In this document: piece after piece, positions 19,371-28,936 of the stretch | How the letters are laid out: each line of letters begins with the position of its first letter | How positions within the stretch are numbered: position 1 is the first letter of the stretch | The notes under the pieces: generated by a model | Seen by the model: only the letters and a program-made list of their open reading frames with translations | The model's database searches: none | Told to the model about the DNA's origin: nothing | NCBI GenBank assembly: GCA_965214605.1 | Contig: OZ243961.1 | Location: 3,200,001 to 3,264,000 of the forward strand | Length of the DNA stretch: 64,000 nt | Reading direction: 5' to 3' | Origin: an uncultured Candidatus Binatia bacterium | GTDB taxonomy: Bacteria > Desulfobacterota > Binatia > Bin18 | Made by a program: the position numbers and the translations under genes

Positions 19371-20576
19371 ATGGAGGTATTCATCACCTGTCCCTCACAG
19401 AGAGACCGAGACGCTATTACTGATCTCAGCGACCATAACTTCCACCTACTCGACGCGCCGCTCAACCCCCGTACCCCTTCGCCCGAGCTTGATCTGCTGG
19501 CCTATATTGATCAGTGCCGGGATTACATTCGCACGCATCATATCGACGCTATTTTTTACTCGCGGGATGTGGCCGATTTGGTCGCTGCCGCCCTGTGTGA
19601 GGAGTTTGGCTTTCCCGGTCCGAGTGTAGAGTCGGTCTTTCTGTGCCTGCACAAATATTATGGTCGCCGAGCCGAGCCCAACCCGATCCGTTGTCAGGCC
19701 ATTGACCTACACGACCCAGACCCCTCGGTCGCGGTCTACCCGTGCTACCTCAAACCGCCGTGGCTGAATCTGGGTATTCTAGGATTTAAGCTCGAATCCG
19801 CGGCCGACCTCGACCGGGCACTGCGGATTGCGCGCCGAGAGTATCCGGCCTGGTCGCCGCTCTACACGCCGTTTTTCGAGCGTTATGTTGATCTCGAAAA
19901 ATATCCCCTGGCCGTCCGAGATATGATGTTGGTCGAAGAGTTTGTTGACGGTCCTCAGGTGACGGTCGAGGGTTGGGTATACGATCAACAGCCCCACTTG
20001 TGGGCAATTACCGATACCAACACGTATCCTGGAACGCGGGTGATCGATAATTTTTCCCTGCCCTCGCGTCATCCCGCCCATATTCAAGCCGAACTTAAGC
20101 GGCAGGCATGTGCTGCGATTGGCAGCGTGGGCCTGGACAACGGATTTTTTAACATTGAGTTCTGGTGTCACAACGACGGGGTGACCCTGACCGAGGTCAA
20201 CGGCCGAGCTGCAACCTGTTTTTACCGTTTGTACCGCACGTGTTTGGATGCCTGTATTTATGAGGCCGGTCTGACTCTGGCCAGTGGCCAGCCGCCCCGC
20301 CTGAACACAGCGTGTCGCAATGTGGTCGGCGGCCAGTTCAACCTGATTACCTTTGCCGAGGATACGGCCGAAAATCTGCTTGACCACGAGCAGGCCCGTA
20401 CCATTCCCGGCATGACGATTTATTTTGAACCGGGCAGCCAGGTGAGACAGATGAGCGAGTTCGGTATTGTCCTGGGCCAGATTGATCTGTTTGGTGACAG
20501 CTACGAAGAGATTCACGCCCAAGCCGAAGCCATGCGGCGGCGGCTGCTCAAAAGACCCGAGATGTCACCGCGGTAA
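19371..20576 (+). CDS. ATP-grasp domain protein (L-amino-acid ligase-like)
   Basis: HKYY, YPCYLKP, LVEEFVDG, FFNIEF, EVNGR; GGAGG RBS before ATG 19371. Confidence 0.85.
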   Translation: MEVFITCPSQRDRDAITDLSDHNFHLLDAPLNPRTPSPELDLLAYIDQCRDYIRTHHIDAIFYSRDVADLVAAALCEEFGFPGPSVESVFLCLHKYYGRRAEPNPIRCQAIDLHDPDPSVAVYPCYLKPPWLNLGILGFKLESAADLDRALRIARREYPAWSPLYTPFFERYVDLEKYPLAVRDMMLVEEFVDGPQVTVEGWVYDQQPHLWAITDTNTYPGTRVIDNFSLPSRHPAHIQAELKRQACAAIGSVGLDNGFFNIEFWCHNDGVTLTEVNGRAATCFYRLYRTCLDACIYEAGLTLASGQPPRLNTACRNVVGGQFNLITFAEDTAENLLDHEQARTIPGMTIYFEPGSQVRQMSEFGIVLGQIDLFGDSYEEIHAQAEAMRRRLLKRPEMSPR

Positions 20577-20578
20577 AC

Positions 20579-21409
20579 ATGTGTCGCTTGATTACCTACC
20601 TCGGGCCCGAGATTCGGCTTGAACGCGTTGTGAGCGAACCAGAGCACTCGCTGGTGGTACAGAGCTACCGGCCGCAGGAGATGACGGCTGGGGTGGTCAA
20701 CGCCGACGGCTTTGGCTTGGGGTGGTACAACCCACAGCTTGAGCCAACGCCGTGTGTGTATACCAATACCTGTCCCATCTGGAGCGATCGCAATTTGCCC
20801 GGACTAGGCCACCACATTGCGGCCGGGTGTATTTTTGCCAACGTGCGCAGTGCCACCCCGGGTCAGGCGGTGGACCACAGCAATTGCCAGCCGTTTGCCT
20901 ACCAACGTCTGCTGTTTATGCATAACGGCTTTATTGAGAACTTCCGTCACACTCTGATGCGGCCAATTCGAGATGCCCTGCAGGACACGTATTACACCGC
21001 TATCCAGGGTTCGACCGACTCGGAACATATCTTTGCCCTGCTACTCCAGTTTTTGCACGGCCGCGAGTGCACCCAACACAATGTGCTCCTCGCGATGCGG
21101 GCCGCAATCGAACAGCTCGGCCGCTGGGCGGCACCAGCCCGCACGCCGCTGGTCCTCAATCTGGCGCTGACAAACGGCGAGTTTGTCGTTGCCAGCCGTT
21201 TTGCCTCAAGCTCTCCGGCGCCCTCTTTGTACTACGCGTGCGATACCGCCGAATTTCCCCGGGCCGGCCTGCTCGCCTCGGAGCGTCTGTTTGCCAGCCG
21301 GGCGTGGCACGTGGTGGAGGAAGATCGGCTGATCGCTTTTGATGCCCGGCTTCGGCCGGACTGTGTCACGCTCCAGCCGGGAGGGGAGACGACTCGTGCC
21401 TCAGGCTAA
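20579..21409 (+). CDS. egtC: Ergothioneine biosynthesis amidohydrolase EgtC (Ntn class II GATase)
   Basis: N-terminal MCR, NADGFGLGWY, VRSATPG, HNG, GSTDSE; adjacent to egtB and egtD. Confidence 0.9.
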   Translation: MCRLITYLGPEIRLERVVSEPEHSLVVQSYRPQEMTAGVVNADGFGLGWYNPQLEPTPCVYTNTCPIWSDRNLPGLGHHIAAGCIFANVRSATPGQAVDHSNCQPFAYQRLLFMHNGFIENFRHTLMRPIRDALQDTYYTAIQGSTDSEHIFALLLQFLHGRECTQHNVLLAMRAAIEQLGRWAAPARTPLVLNLALTNGEFVVASRFASSSPAPSLYYACDTAEFPRAGLLASERLFASRAWHVVEEDRLIAFDARLRPDCVTLQPGGETTRASG

Positions 21410-22721
21410 TTCCCATCCCACCCCGTCCCAGCCAGACCGTCTGCTTTTACGCGCCCGGTTTCTTGAGTCGCGCCGCCAGACACTCGGCCTGTTTGCCGAC
21501 GTCAGCGAGGCCGACTTCCGGCGTCAGGCGCATCCCGACTTTAGCCCGGTAGGTTGGCACCTGGGTCATATCGGGGTAACCGAAGAGTACTGGGTCTTAC
21601 AGCGGTGCGAAGGCCAGGGCTGCCTGTCCGAAGACTACGAGCGGTTTTTTTCGCCGACCGAGAATCCGAAAACGAATCGAATCCATCTCCCCAACCGCTC
21701 CGACATCCTGGCCTATCTCGACACAGTCCGGGAAAAAACGTTGGCTGTCCTCGACCGAACCGACTTTCCCCAGTCCCACTCGCTTTTGCAGCAAGCGCGG
21801 ATCTTTCACATGCTGCTCCAGCATGAAGCCCAGCATCAGGAAACCATTACCCTGGTGCTTCAGCTGTTGGCTGCCAGCCAGGACCAGCCGGACCGGTACT
21901 GTGAACCGAGAGGGAACGAGGGTGAAGACGGTCTGACTGACAAGATGGTACACGTCCCGGCTGGTCCTTTTCTGATGGGTAGTAATAGGCTGGATGAGAC
22001 GCTGGACAACGAGCGCCCACAGCACGAGGTGGATGTTGGCGAGTTTTGGATAGATCGCTATCCGGTGACCAACGCCCAGTTTCTGCACTTTGTCCAGGAC
22101 CGTGGCTACCGCCGGCGGGTTTGGTGGAGCGCTGAGGGCTGGGCGTGGCGGGAGAAAAACGCGATCGAACACCCCCGCTACTGGCGCCGGCAGCGGAATG
22201 GCGAGTGGGCCCTGCTCGGCCTGTCACCTTCCCGGACCCTTGCCCCTGATCATCCGGTGATGGGGGTCAGCTGGTATGAGGCTGAGGCGTATGCCCGAGC
22301 GGCGGGCAAGCGTCTGCCGACCGAGGCTGAGTGGGAAAAGGCGGCGTCCTGGGACCCGGAGCGTGGCCACAAGCGAGCCTATCCCTGGGGGGCCGCTCAA
22401 CCCAATCCACAGCACTGCAATAGCGACGCACGCCAGGACGGGACGAGCCCGGTTCAGTACCATCAGGCTGGTGCCAGCGCCTATGGCTGTCTGGATATGC
22501 AGGGCAACGTGTGGGAGTGGACCGCAACCTGCTTTCAACCCTATCCGGATTTTCGCGCCTATCCCTACGACGGCTATTCGGTACCATATTTCGACCATCA
22601 ACATCGGGTCTTGCGGGGCGGCTCGTGGGCGACACGGAGCTCTGTCCTGCGACCGACCTTTCGCAACTGGTATCACCCCTGGATCCGAGAAATCTTTGCC
22701 GGTTTTCGGTGCGTAACATAG
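21396..22721 (+). CDS. egtB: Ergothioneine sulfoxide synthase EgtB (DinB_2 + FGE-sulfatase domains)
   Basis: Fe ligands in WHLGH and HEAQHQET; RLPTEAEWEKAA, GNVWEW, RGGSW, GFR; GTG start inferred. Confidence 0.9.
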   Translation: MPQANSHPTPSQPDRLLLRARFLESRRQTLGLFADVSEADFRRQAHPDFSPVGWHLGHIGVTEEYWVLQRCEGQGCLSEDYERFFSPTENPKTNRIHLPNRSDILAYLDTVREKTLAVLDRTDFPQSHSLLQQARIFHMLLQHEAQHQETITLVLQLLAASQDQPDRYCEPRGNEGEDGLTDKMVHVPAGPFLMGSNRLDETLDNERPQHEVDVGEFWIDRYPVTNAQFLHFVQDRGYRRRVWWSAEGWAWREKNAIEHPRYWRRQRNGEWALLGLSPSRTLAPDHPVMGVSWYEAEAYARAAGKRLPTEAEWEKAASWDPERGHKRAYPWGAAQPNPQHCNSDARQDGTSPVQYHQAGASAYGCLDMQGNVWEWTATCFQPYPDFRAYPYDGYSVPYFDHQHRVLRGGSWATRSSVLRPTFRNWYHPWIREIFAGFRCVT

Positions 22722-22735
22722 CTCCACAATACCTC

Positions 22736-23728
22736 ATGGATACCCCAACCACTGCTGATAATCGTCTCTATATCTCCTATCCGGTCTCTGCCCTGCCCCG
22801 CTTTCGCGAGGACGTGATCGCTGGGCTGAGTGCTACTCGAAAATCTCTTCCGCCGCGCTATTTTTATGATCGGTATGGCTCAGAGCTCTTTGAGCAGATC
22901 TGTCAACAACCCGAATATTATCCGACTCGGACCGAAGCCGTGCTGATGCGTCAGCGGGCTTCCGAGGTGCTCGACCTCGTCGGCCAGTGTACCCTGGTCG
23001 AACTCGGGAGCGGGAGCGCGGTCAAAACTCGCCTGCTCCTAGACGAGTACCGGCGTCGCGGCTACCCCATGCACTATGTTCCGATCGATATCAGCACCTC
23101 AATGTTACGCGAATCGGCCGAGAGGCTGATCGCCGACTATCCCGAGTTGTCTATCCAAGCCCTGGCCACCGACTATCTCAACGGCCTGGCCGCGCTCCCA
23201 TACGCCCGACAACGTTTGGTCCTGTTTTTGGGCAGCAATCTGGGCAATTTTGACGATGCTGAACAGGCCGAGCTGTTTGGCCGACTAGCGGCCGCGCTCC
23301 AGCCCCAGGATTATTTTCTGCTCGGCCTCGATCTCAGAAAGCCGGTCGATGTCCTAGAGGCCGCCTATAATGACGCGGCCGGAGTAACGGCCGCCTTTAA
23401 CCTCAATATGCTGCGCCGCATCAACCGCGAATTCGGCGCCAATTTCAATCTGTCGCAGTTTAACCACCTGGCCTTTTATAACCGCGCCGAGCACCAGATT
23501 GAAATGCACCTGCAGAGTCAGGTTGCCCAGGAGGTTGAGATTGCCGAGCTGGGCCTCCGGGTGTCCTTTGAGTCCCAAGAAACGATCCATACCGAGATCT
23601 CGCGCAAATTTGACGCCGACCAAGTGGCGGCTCAGCTCCGGTCGTACGGCTTTGATGCGTGTGCGCGATGGACGGATGAGCGTGGCTGGTTCTTAATGAC
23701 TATCTTTCGTTTTGTCGGAAGCCGATAA
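22736..23728 (+). CDS. egtD: L-histidine N-alpha-trimethyltransferase EgtD
   Basis: KSLPPRYFYD, PEYYPTRTE, VELGSGS, FLGSNLGN, AYNDAAGVTAAFNLN, IHTEISRKF. Confidence 0.95.
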   Translation: MDTPTTADNRLYISYPVSALPRFREDVIAGLSATRKSLPPRYFYDRYGSELFEQICQQPEYYPTRTEAVLMRQRASEVLDLVGQCTLVELGSGSAVKTRLLLDEYRRRGYPMHYVPIDISTSMLRESAERLIADYPELSIQALATDYLNGLAALPYARQRLVLFLGSNLGNFDDAEQAELFGRLAAALQPQDYFLLGLDLRKPVDVLEAAYNDAAGVTAAFNLNMLRRINREFGANFNLSQFNHLAFYNRAEHQIEMHLQSQVAQEVEIAELGLRVSFESQETIHTEISRKFDADQVAAQLRSYGFDACARWTDERGWFLMTIFRFVGSR

Positions 23729-23751
23729 AAGGAGAACGGTGCTCTCTTGTC

Positions 23752-24777
23752 ATGCGAGGGACCACAAAAAAGCCCCGACTCGTCCTGATTGCGGCCAGTG
23801 GGACGATCAGCATGCACAGAGGGGGGGACGCTGATGGCCACGAGTTCAACTCCTCGTCCACCACTGGCCAGAACATATCGACCTGGACGGCTGCCGACCT
23901 GCTGGCCCAAACCTCACTCCGAGGCCAGTTACGCGTACGCCCCATTGACTTTGTGCCACCGGGCGGTGTCTATCCCGACAACGTCCTAGCCCTGGCCCGT
24001 CGGATTCGGACCGCGGCGACGCCGTCCATTGACGGCATTGTTGTCAGCCACGGCACTGACGCCATGGAGGAGGCCGCCTACGGCGTGGACGAACTCGTGT
24101 CCGTCCCGGTCCCGATTGTCTTCACCGGCGCCATGCGACCCGGCTGGGCCAGCGGCTATGACGGGATTCGGAATCTCGACAACGCGCTGCGGATCGCTAG
24201 CCTGATCCCGCCCGCCTATGGTACCCTGGTCACCCTCAACGATCAGATCTTTGAGGCTTGGAGTGTGTCTAAAGCCGACACCGGGGCCTTGGACGCCTTC
24301 AGCGCGCGCCGGGGGGCGCCGTTTGGGCAGATTGTTGGGGATCAGGTCGAGTGTACCTGGCGGCCGGTCACTCGGCCACGTCTGGGCCGGATTCCAAGAG
24401 ACGTCCCCACCTCGGTACCGATTCTGACCATGGGGTTGGCCGAAGACGCGGCAGTGCTCGACGGTCTGGCCGCGGGCCAGATACAGGGGCTGGTCATTGC
24501 TGGCATGGCGACTGGTACGATTCCTGCCCGGGCCTACGAAAAAGTACTCCGGCTGGCTAAAAGCGGCCTGCCGGTTGTCCTGTGCTCAAGCGCCGCCAGC
24601 GGTTGGACCGCGGCTGAGTATTACTATCCCCATGCCTACGATACCCTGCGGGCGGCCGGGGTGCTGATTGAGGACCATTTGTCCGCCCGGAAAACCCGTC
24701 TGCGTCTGATGCTGTGCCTAGGCCTCGGCGTGCCGTATGTGCCATTTGGCCACGAGTTTGTTATCAGGGCGGAATGA
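23752..24777 (+). CDS. Asparaginase/glutaminase family protein
   Basis: SGTI (catalytic Thr), SHGTDAMEE, VFTGAMRP, DGIRNL. Confidence 0.85.
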   Translation: MRGTTKKPRLVLIAASGTISMHRGGDADGHEFNSSSTTGQNISTWTAADLLAQTSLRGQLRVRPIDFVPPGGVYPDNVLALARRIRTAATPSIDGIVVSHGTDAMEEAAYGVDELVSVPVPIVFTGAMRPGWASGYDGIRNLDNALRIASLIPPAYGTLVTLNDQIFEAWSVSKADTGALDAFSARRGAPFGQIVGDQVECTWRPVTRPRLGRIPRDVPTSVPILTMGLAEDAAVLDGLAAGQIQGLVIAGMATGTIPARAYEKVLRLAKSGLPVVLCSSAASGWTAAEYYYPHAYDTLRAAGVLIEDHLSARKTRLRLMLCLGLGVPYVPFGHEFVIRAE

Positions 24778-26051
24778 AGATGGCGGGTGCAGCTCCACGC
24801 AAGGGCAGGGCTGAGCCGTTTTTCTACGGCTGGTTTATTGTTGCTATCCTGTTTGTCGTTTCTATCATCGATGGTGGATTCACCTATATTTTTTCCGCCT
24901 TTCTCAAGCCTTTATCCGAAGAGTTCGGCTGGACCCGGGCGCAGACCTCGGGTGGCTTCTCCCTGTATCTGCTGGCGGCTGGTACGCTGCTGCCACTGTG
25001 GGGTTGGCTGGCTGACCGGGTCGGGGCACGTTTGGTTTTTCTGCTGAGTGCCCTGATTGATGGGATCGCACTGGTTCTGCTGAGCTATGTGCAAAGTCTG
25101 TTCGCGTTTTATTGCTTATATTTCTTTCTAGGCGCAGGACTGGCCGGGATTGCTCCGACTACGATTGGCAAGATCGTGTCCGAGTGGTTTGTGGCCAAAA
25201 GGGGGCGGGCCATGGGTATGGCCCTGGTCGGAGCCGGGGCGGGCGGGCTGGTACTGGTACCGGTGGCCGGATTTTTGATTGAGGAGTTTACCTGGCGGAT
25301 GGCCTATCGCTTGCTGGCCGCGCTGTCGCTGGGGGTGATGTTTCCCCTGGTGTTGTGCTTTCTGACCGATACGCCCCAGCAGAAAGGACTCTTGCCGCTC
25401 GGCCACGGCGGTCAGGTCGAACACGATGAGCCCGATCTGGTCCCGCCCGGCCAGCTCAACTGGACACTCGGCGCCGCGCTGCGAACGGCGACGTTTTGGT
25501 TGCTGAGCCTCGCCCTGTGCTGCGGGATTGGGGCGGCCATGTCGTTTAACGCCCATCAGGTCGCCCTGCTTCAGGACGCCGGCTTTTCGCTTGAGCTCGC
25601 CTCTTCGATTGCCGGCATTTCCCTGGGCATGAGCATGGGCGGGCGCTTTACGGTCGGCTGGATCAGCGAGTATCGGACTGACCCCCACACCTTGTTAGCC
25701 GTGTGTATGGGCGTACAGGCGATCGGGCTCGGCTTCCTCCTACTCATGCCTAGCCTCAGCAGCTGGGTGCTGCTCTTGGTCGTTCCGTTGTTTGGCCTGG
25801 GCTTCGGGGGTCTGGTCGTGCTGTGGCCCCTGACCATCGGCCATAACTTTGGGCTGAACGCTTTTGGTACGATTGGCGGAGTGATGGGGACGGTGGCAGT
25901 GAGTGTGATCGGAGCGGCGGGGCCGGTTGTGTTGGGCGCTCTCTATGACACAACCGGCAGTTATGACTGGGCGCTAGTGGTATGTATCGGAGTGTTGGTG
26001 ATAGGGGCGGGCGTAGCAAAGCTCACGCCCCTGCCACGCCCGTTTAGGTGA
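24774..26051 (+). CDS. MFS transporter (oxalate/formate-monocarboxylate-like)
   Basis: About 12 hydrophobic segments; FFYGW, GWLADRVGAR, WFVAKRGRAMG, YDTTGSY; ATGA overlap with the upstream gene. Confidence 0.9.
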   Translation: MKMAGAAPRKGRAEPFFYGWFIVAILFVVSIIDGGFTYIFSAFLKPLSEEFGWTRAQTSGGFSLYLLAAGTLLPLWGWLADRVGARLVFLLSALIDGIALVLLSYVQSLFAFYCLYFFLGAGLAGIAPTTIGKIVSEWFVAKRGRAMGMALVGAGAGGLVLVPVAGFLIEEFTWRMAYRLLAALSLGVMFPLVLCFLTDTPQQKGLLPLGHGGQVEHDEPDLVPPGQLNWTLGAALRTATFWLLSLALCCGIGAAMSFNAHQVALLQDAGFSLELASSIAGISLGMSMGGRFTVGWISEYRTDPHTLLAVCMGVQAIGLGFLLLMPSLSSWVLLLVVPLFGLGFGGLVVLWPLTIGHNFGLNAFGTIGGVMGTVAVSVIGAAGPVVLGALYDTTGSYDWALVVCIGVLVIGAGVAKLTPLPRPFR

Positions 26052-26128
26052 GTCGGCGCGGCAGTCTTTTGGACTGCGCGCCGGAGCCGGCCCCCCCTTG
26101 GATGACAAAGAGAGCGGGGTGCTCTCTA

Positions 26129-27853
26129 TTAACCCCGACCGTGCCGCAACAGGCGACCCGGCGTGGCGTTTGTGCACTGGCCGTCCTCAAAGGTCACGTC
26201 GCCGTTAACCATAATCCAGCGATAACCGTCGGCCTTCTGGATCCGCCGCCACTCGCCACCTGGGAAGTCGTGCACGACCTCGGGTTTTTCAGGGGTAAGC
26301 TTGAGGTTTTCCAGATCGTACACCACGACGTCGGCCGAAGCGCCCGCGCGCAGGACGCCCCGATCCTGAAAGCCGGCACATTCGGCCGGCATCGCGCTCA
26401 GCCGATAGTGGGCCTCCTCAAGGCTCATAAAACCGGCATCGCGGACCATCCACGACAGCATATCGGTCGGATACGCGCCAATGGTGATGAACTTGGTGTG
26501 GGCACCGCCGTCCGACACCCCGGCCATGCTGTACGGGGAAGCCATCAGCTCGGCTGCATAGTCTTCGCGGACGTTGCGCGCCGGGGTGAGGAATTCGGTC
26601 TCTAGGTTATCCTCGACGGCAATATCGAACATTGCATCCATGGGATGCTTGTTTTCCATTTTGGCGACTTCTTCGACCGTCATTCCGACATATTTCTCGA
26701 ACTTCTTGTTGACGACGGATTCAATGGTGAACTCTTTGAAGGAGCCAGTGACAACCGGTGTGTGGCCGGTATCATACTCTGAGACCAGAGCCTGACGAAT
26801 GGCCGGGTTCTTGAGCTTTTCAAGCCGTTCGGCCGGGGTGCCAATGGTCACTTCACGTACGACATCATTCCCGTCAAAGAGTCCGGTGATTTCACCAAAA
26901 TTGAAGTACAAGCCCTGGCGCATTACCGCGGTCTGGTTATAGATCTTGCGGCCCGCTTTGTTGGTCTTTTCCATCCAGCGCAGAATACGGCGATGGATAC
27001 TAGGCCGGTCGTCACGTGTAGCGGTTGCATTGAACAAAATCGGTCGGCCAGACTCGTCGGCGAGACGGTCGTAGAACTTCATGTCTGCTTCAAAGTCCGG
27101 GCTGGCTTGGGTCAGCTGAATAAAGCCTTCTCCCCGCTCCTTTAACACCCGCCCAAAGATGAGCACATCTTCGTCCGCCATCGTGTCCGTTACCATCGGG
27201 GTGCCGTCGTAGTCGCGTTGGACAGACACAAAGCCGTCACCCAAGCGCTGAGCCGAGAATCCACAGCCCCCGGCATCCATTGATTCACTCAGAATCTGGC
27301 ACATGGTCTGTTTTTCTTTGTCGGTGGCCGGACGACTCTTTGCCGCCTCTAGACCCATAGTCCAGATCATAATCGGGGCAATAGGAACAAAGCTCAGGAC
27401 GTTGATCCCTTTGGGGGTCTGGTCAAGAAAGTCCAGCCATTCGGGAAAGGTCACCCAGTCCCACTTCATCCCGGCCTTCATCGACTCGAACGGAATGGCT
27501 TCAACCCGAGACATGGTCAACATGGCTCGCTCGCGCATCTCAGGCTTCACCGGGGCAAAACCAAAGCCACAGTTACCGACCACGATGGAGGTTACTCCGT
27601 GCCAGCCGGACAGCGTGACGTAGGGGTCCCAGTTAATCTGGGCGTCATAGTGGGTGTGGAGATCAATAAACCCCGGAGCAACGACGAGACCGTTGGCATC
27701 CAGGGTCTTTTGGGCATCGCTGGGTTTGAGCGTGCCGGGTTGTTCGATCTGCGCAATCTTACCGTCCTTGATCCCGATGTCTCCGATGTAACGGGGGTGA
27801 CGGGTGCCATCGACAATCGTACCACCTCGAATGAGCGTATCAAAAGTTGCCAT
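26129..27853 (-). CDS. N-acyl-D-amino-acid deacylase family amidohydrolase
   Basis: PGFIDLHTHYD, GNCGFGFAP, SDGGAH. Confidence 0.9.
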   Translation of the reverse strand: MATFDTLIRGGTIVDGTRHPRYIGDIGIKDGKIAQIEQPGTLKPSDAQKTLDANGLVVAPGFIDLHTHYDAQINWDPYVTLSGWHGVTSIVVGNCGFGFAPVKPEMRERAMLTMSRVEAIPFESMKAGMKWDWVTFPEWLDFLDQTPKGINVLSFVPIAPIMIWTMGLEAAKSRPATDKEKQTMCQILSESMDAGGCGFSAQRLGDGFVSVQRDYDGTPMVTDTMADEDVLIFGRVLKERGEGFIQLTQASPDFEADMKFYDRLADESGRPILFNATATRDDRPSIHRRILRWMEKTNKAGRKIYNQTAVMRQGLYFNFGEITGLFDGNDVVREVTIGTPAERLEKLKNPAIRQALVSEYDTGHTPVVTGSFKEFTIESVVNKKFEKYVGMTVEEVAKMENKHPMDAMFDIAVEDNLETEFLTPARNVREDYAAELMASPYSMAGVSDGGAHTKFITIGAYPTDMLSWMVRDAGFMSLEEAHYRLSAMPAECAGFQDRGVLRAGASADVVVYDLENLKLTPEKPEVVHDFPGGEWRRIQKADGYRWIMVNGDVTFEDGQCTNATPGRLLRHGRG

Positions 27854-28015
27854 ACGGTCCTCCTAGAAATAAGGTGAGAGTGAACGTTGGTTCAGCGTTC
27901 CACCCCCACCTTTACACCCCGCATCCCCCTCTGTCAAACCCAGAAACGTCGCCCACATTGATCCCCGTCACGCAACCTGCTAAGGGCACATGGCATCAGA
28001 GCAAGGAGGACAAGT

Positions 28016-28861
28016 ATGGATATCGGTATCACAATGTTTGCGACCGACTACGCAATGCGCCCGGACGATCTGGCCGTTGCCTGTGAGGAGCGTGGCTTTG
28101 AGTCGATCTGGTTTCCGGAACACACCCACATTCCGGCCAGCCGCCTCTCGCCCTGGCCGGGGGGAGCGGAGCTGCCCAAAGAGTACTGGCACACCCACGA
28201 CTTGTTTGTGTCGCTGATGGCGGCTGCCGGGGCCACCAAGAAGATCAAGATCGGAAGCGGTATCTGTCTGGTGATCGAGCGCGATCCAATCGTGTTGGCC
28301 AAGGAGGTGGCCACGGTCGATCAGCTGTCAAACGGCCGCCTACTCTTTGGTATTGGCGGAGGCTGGAACGCCGAGGAGATGGAGAACCACGGCACCCCGT
28401 TCAAACGCCGCTGGAAGGTCTTGCGTGAGCGGATTGAGGCGATGAAAGAGATCTGGGCGAACGATGAGGCCGAGTATCACGGGGAGTTCGTGAACTTTGA
28501 TAAAATCTGGTCCTATCCCAAACCGGCTCAGAAGCCCCATCCACCGATTCTGCTGGGGACTTTTAACGGTGGCCTAAAGCGCGTCGTCAACTACTGTGAC
28601 GGCTGGGTTCCGGTTGGTTTCGATACCAGCACGCTGCCCGAATCGATTAAAGAGCTGCGCGCTCTGGCCGAGCAGGCCGGCCGCTCGTCGGATGAGGTGC
28701 CGGTGTCGATTTTTGGTTCTTCGGATAAACAAGAAGCCCTGGCCAGCCATCAAGAGCTGGGGGTTGAGCGGGCAGTGCTGTTTCTGCCTTCGGCTGACAG
28801 AGACACGCTCATGCCCATGCTGGATAAATACGCAAGCCTGATCCCCAAGTTTGCGTCCTAG
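28016..28861 (+). CDS. LLM class F420-dependent oxidoreductase (Rv2161c-like)
   Basis: WFPEHTHIP, LAKEVATVDQLSNGR, GGWNAEEM, PKPAQKPHPP. Confidence 0.9.
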   Translation: MDIGITMFATDYAMRPDDLAVACEERGFESIWFPEHTHIPASRLSPWPGGAELPKEYWHTHDLFVSLMAAAGATKKIKIGSGICLVIERDPIVLAKEVATVDQLSNGRLLFGIGGGWNAEEMENHGTPFKRRWKVLRERIEAMKEIWANDEAEYHGEFVNFDKIWSYPKPAQKPHPPILLGTFNGGLKRVVNYCDGWVPVGFDTSTLPESIKELRALAEQAGRSSDEVPVSIFGSSDKQEALASHQELGVERAVLFLPSADRDTLMPMLDKYASLIPKFAS

Positions 28862-28880
28862 ACACAACGGAGTGACAGCA

Positions 28881-28918
28881 ATAAAAAAGGGCGGCCCATG
28901 CGGGCCGCCCTTTTTTAT
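28881..28918. terminator. Bidirectional rho-independent terminator
   Basis: ATAAAAAAGGGCGGCCC-ATGC-GGGCCGCCCTTTTTTAT perfect stem with A/T tails between convergent genes. Confidence 0.95.
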
Positions 28919-28936
28919 GTGAGGCCGTCACACGGC

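Noticed and set aside
21396-22721. EgtB as selenoneine SenA or ovothiol OvoA
   Set aside because: No senB glycosyltransferase or selD nearby and no C-terminal methyltransferase domain; egtC/egtD context fits ergothioneine.
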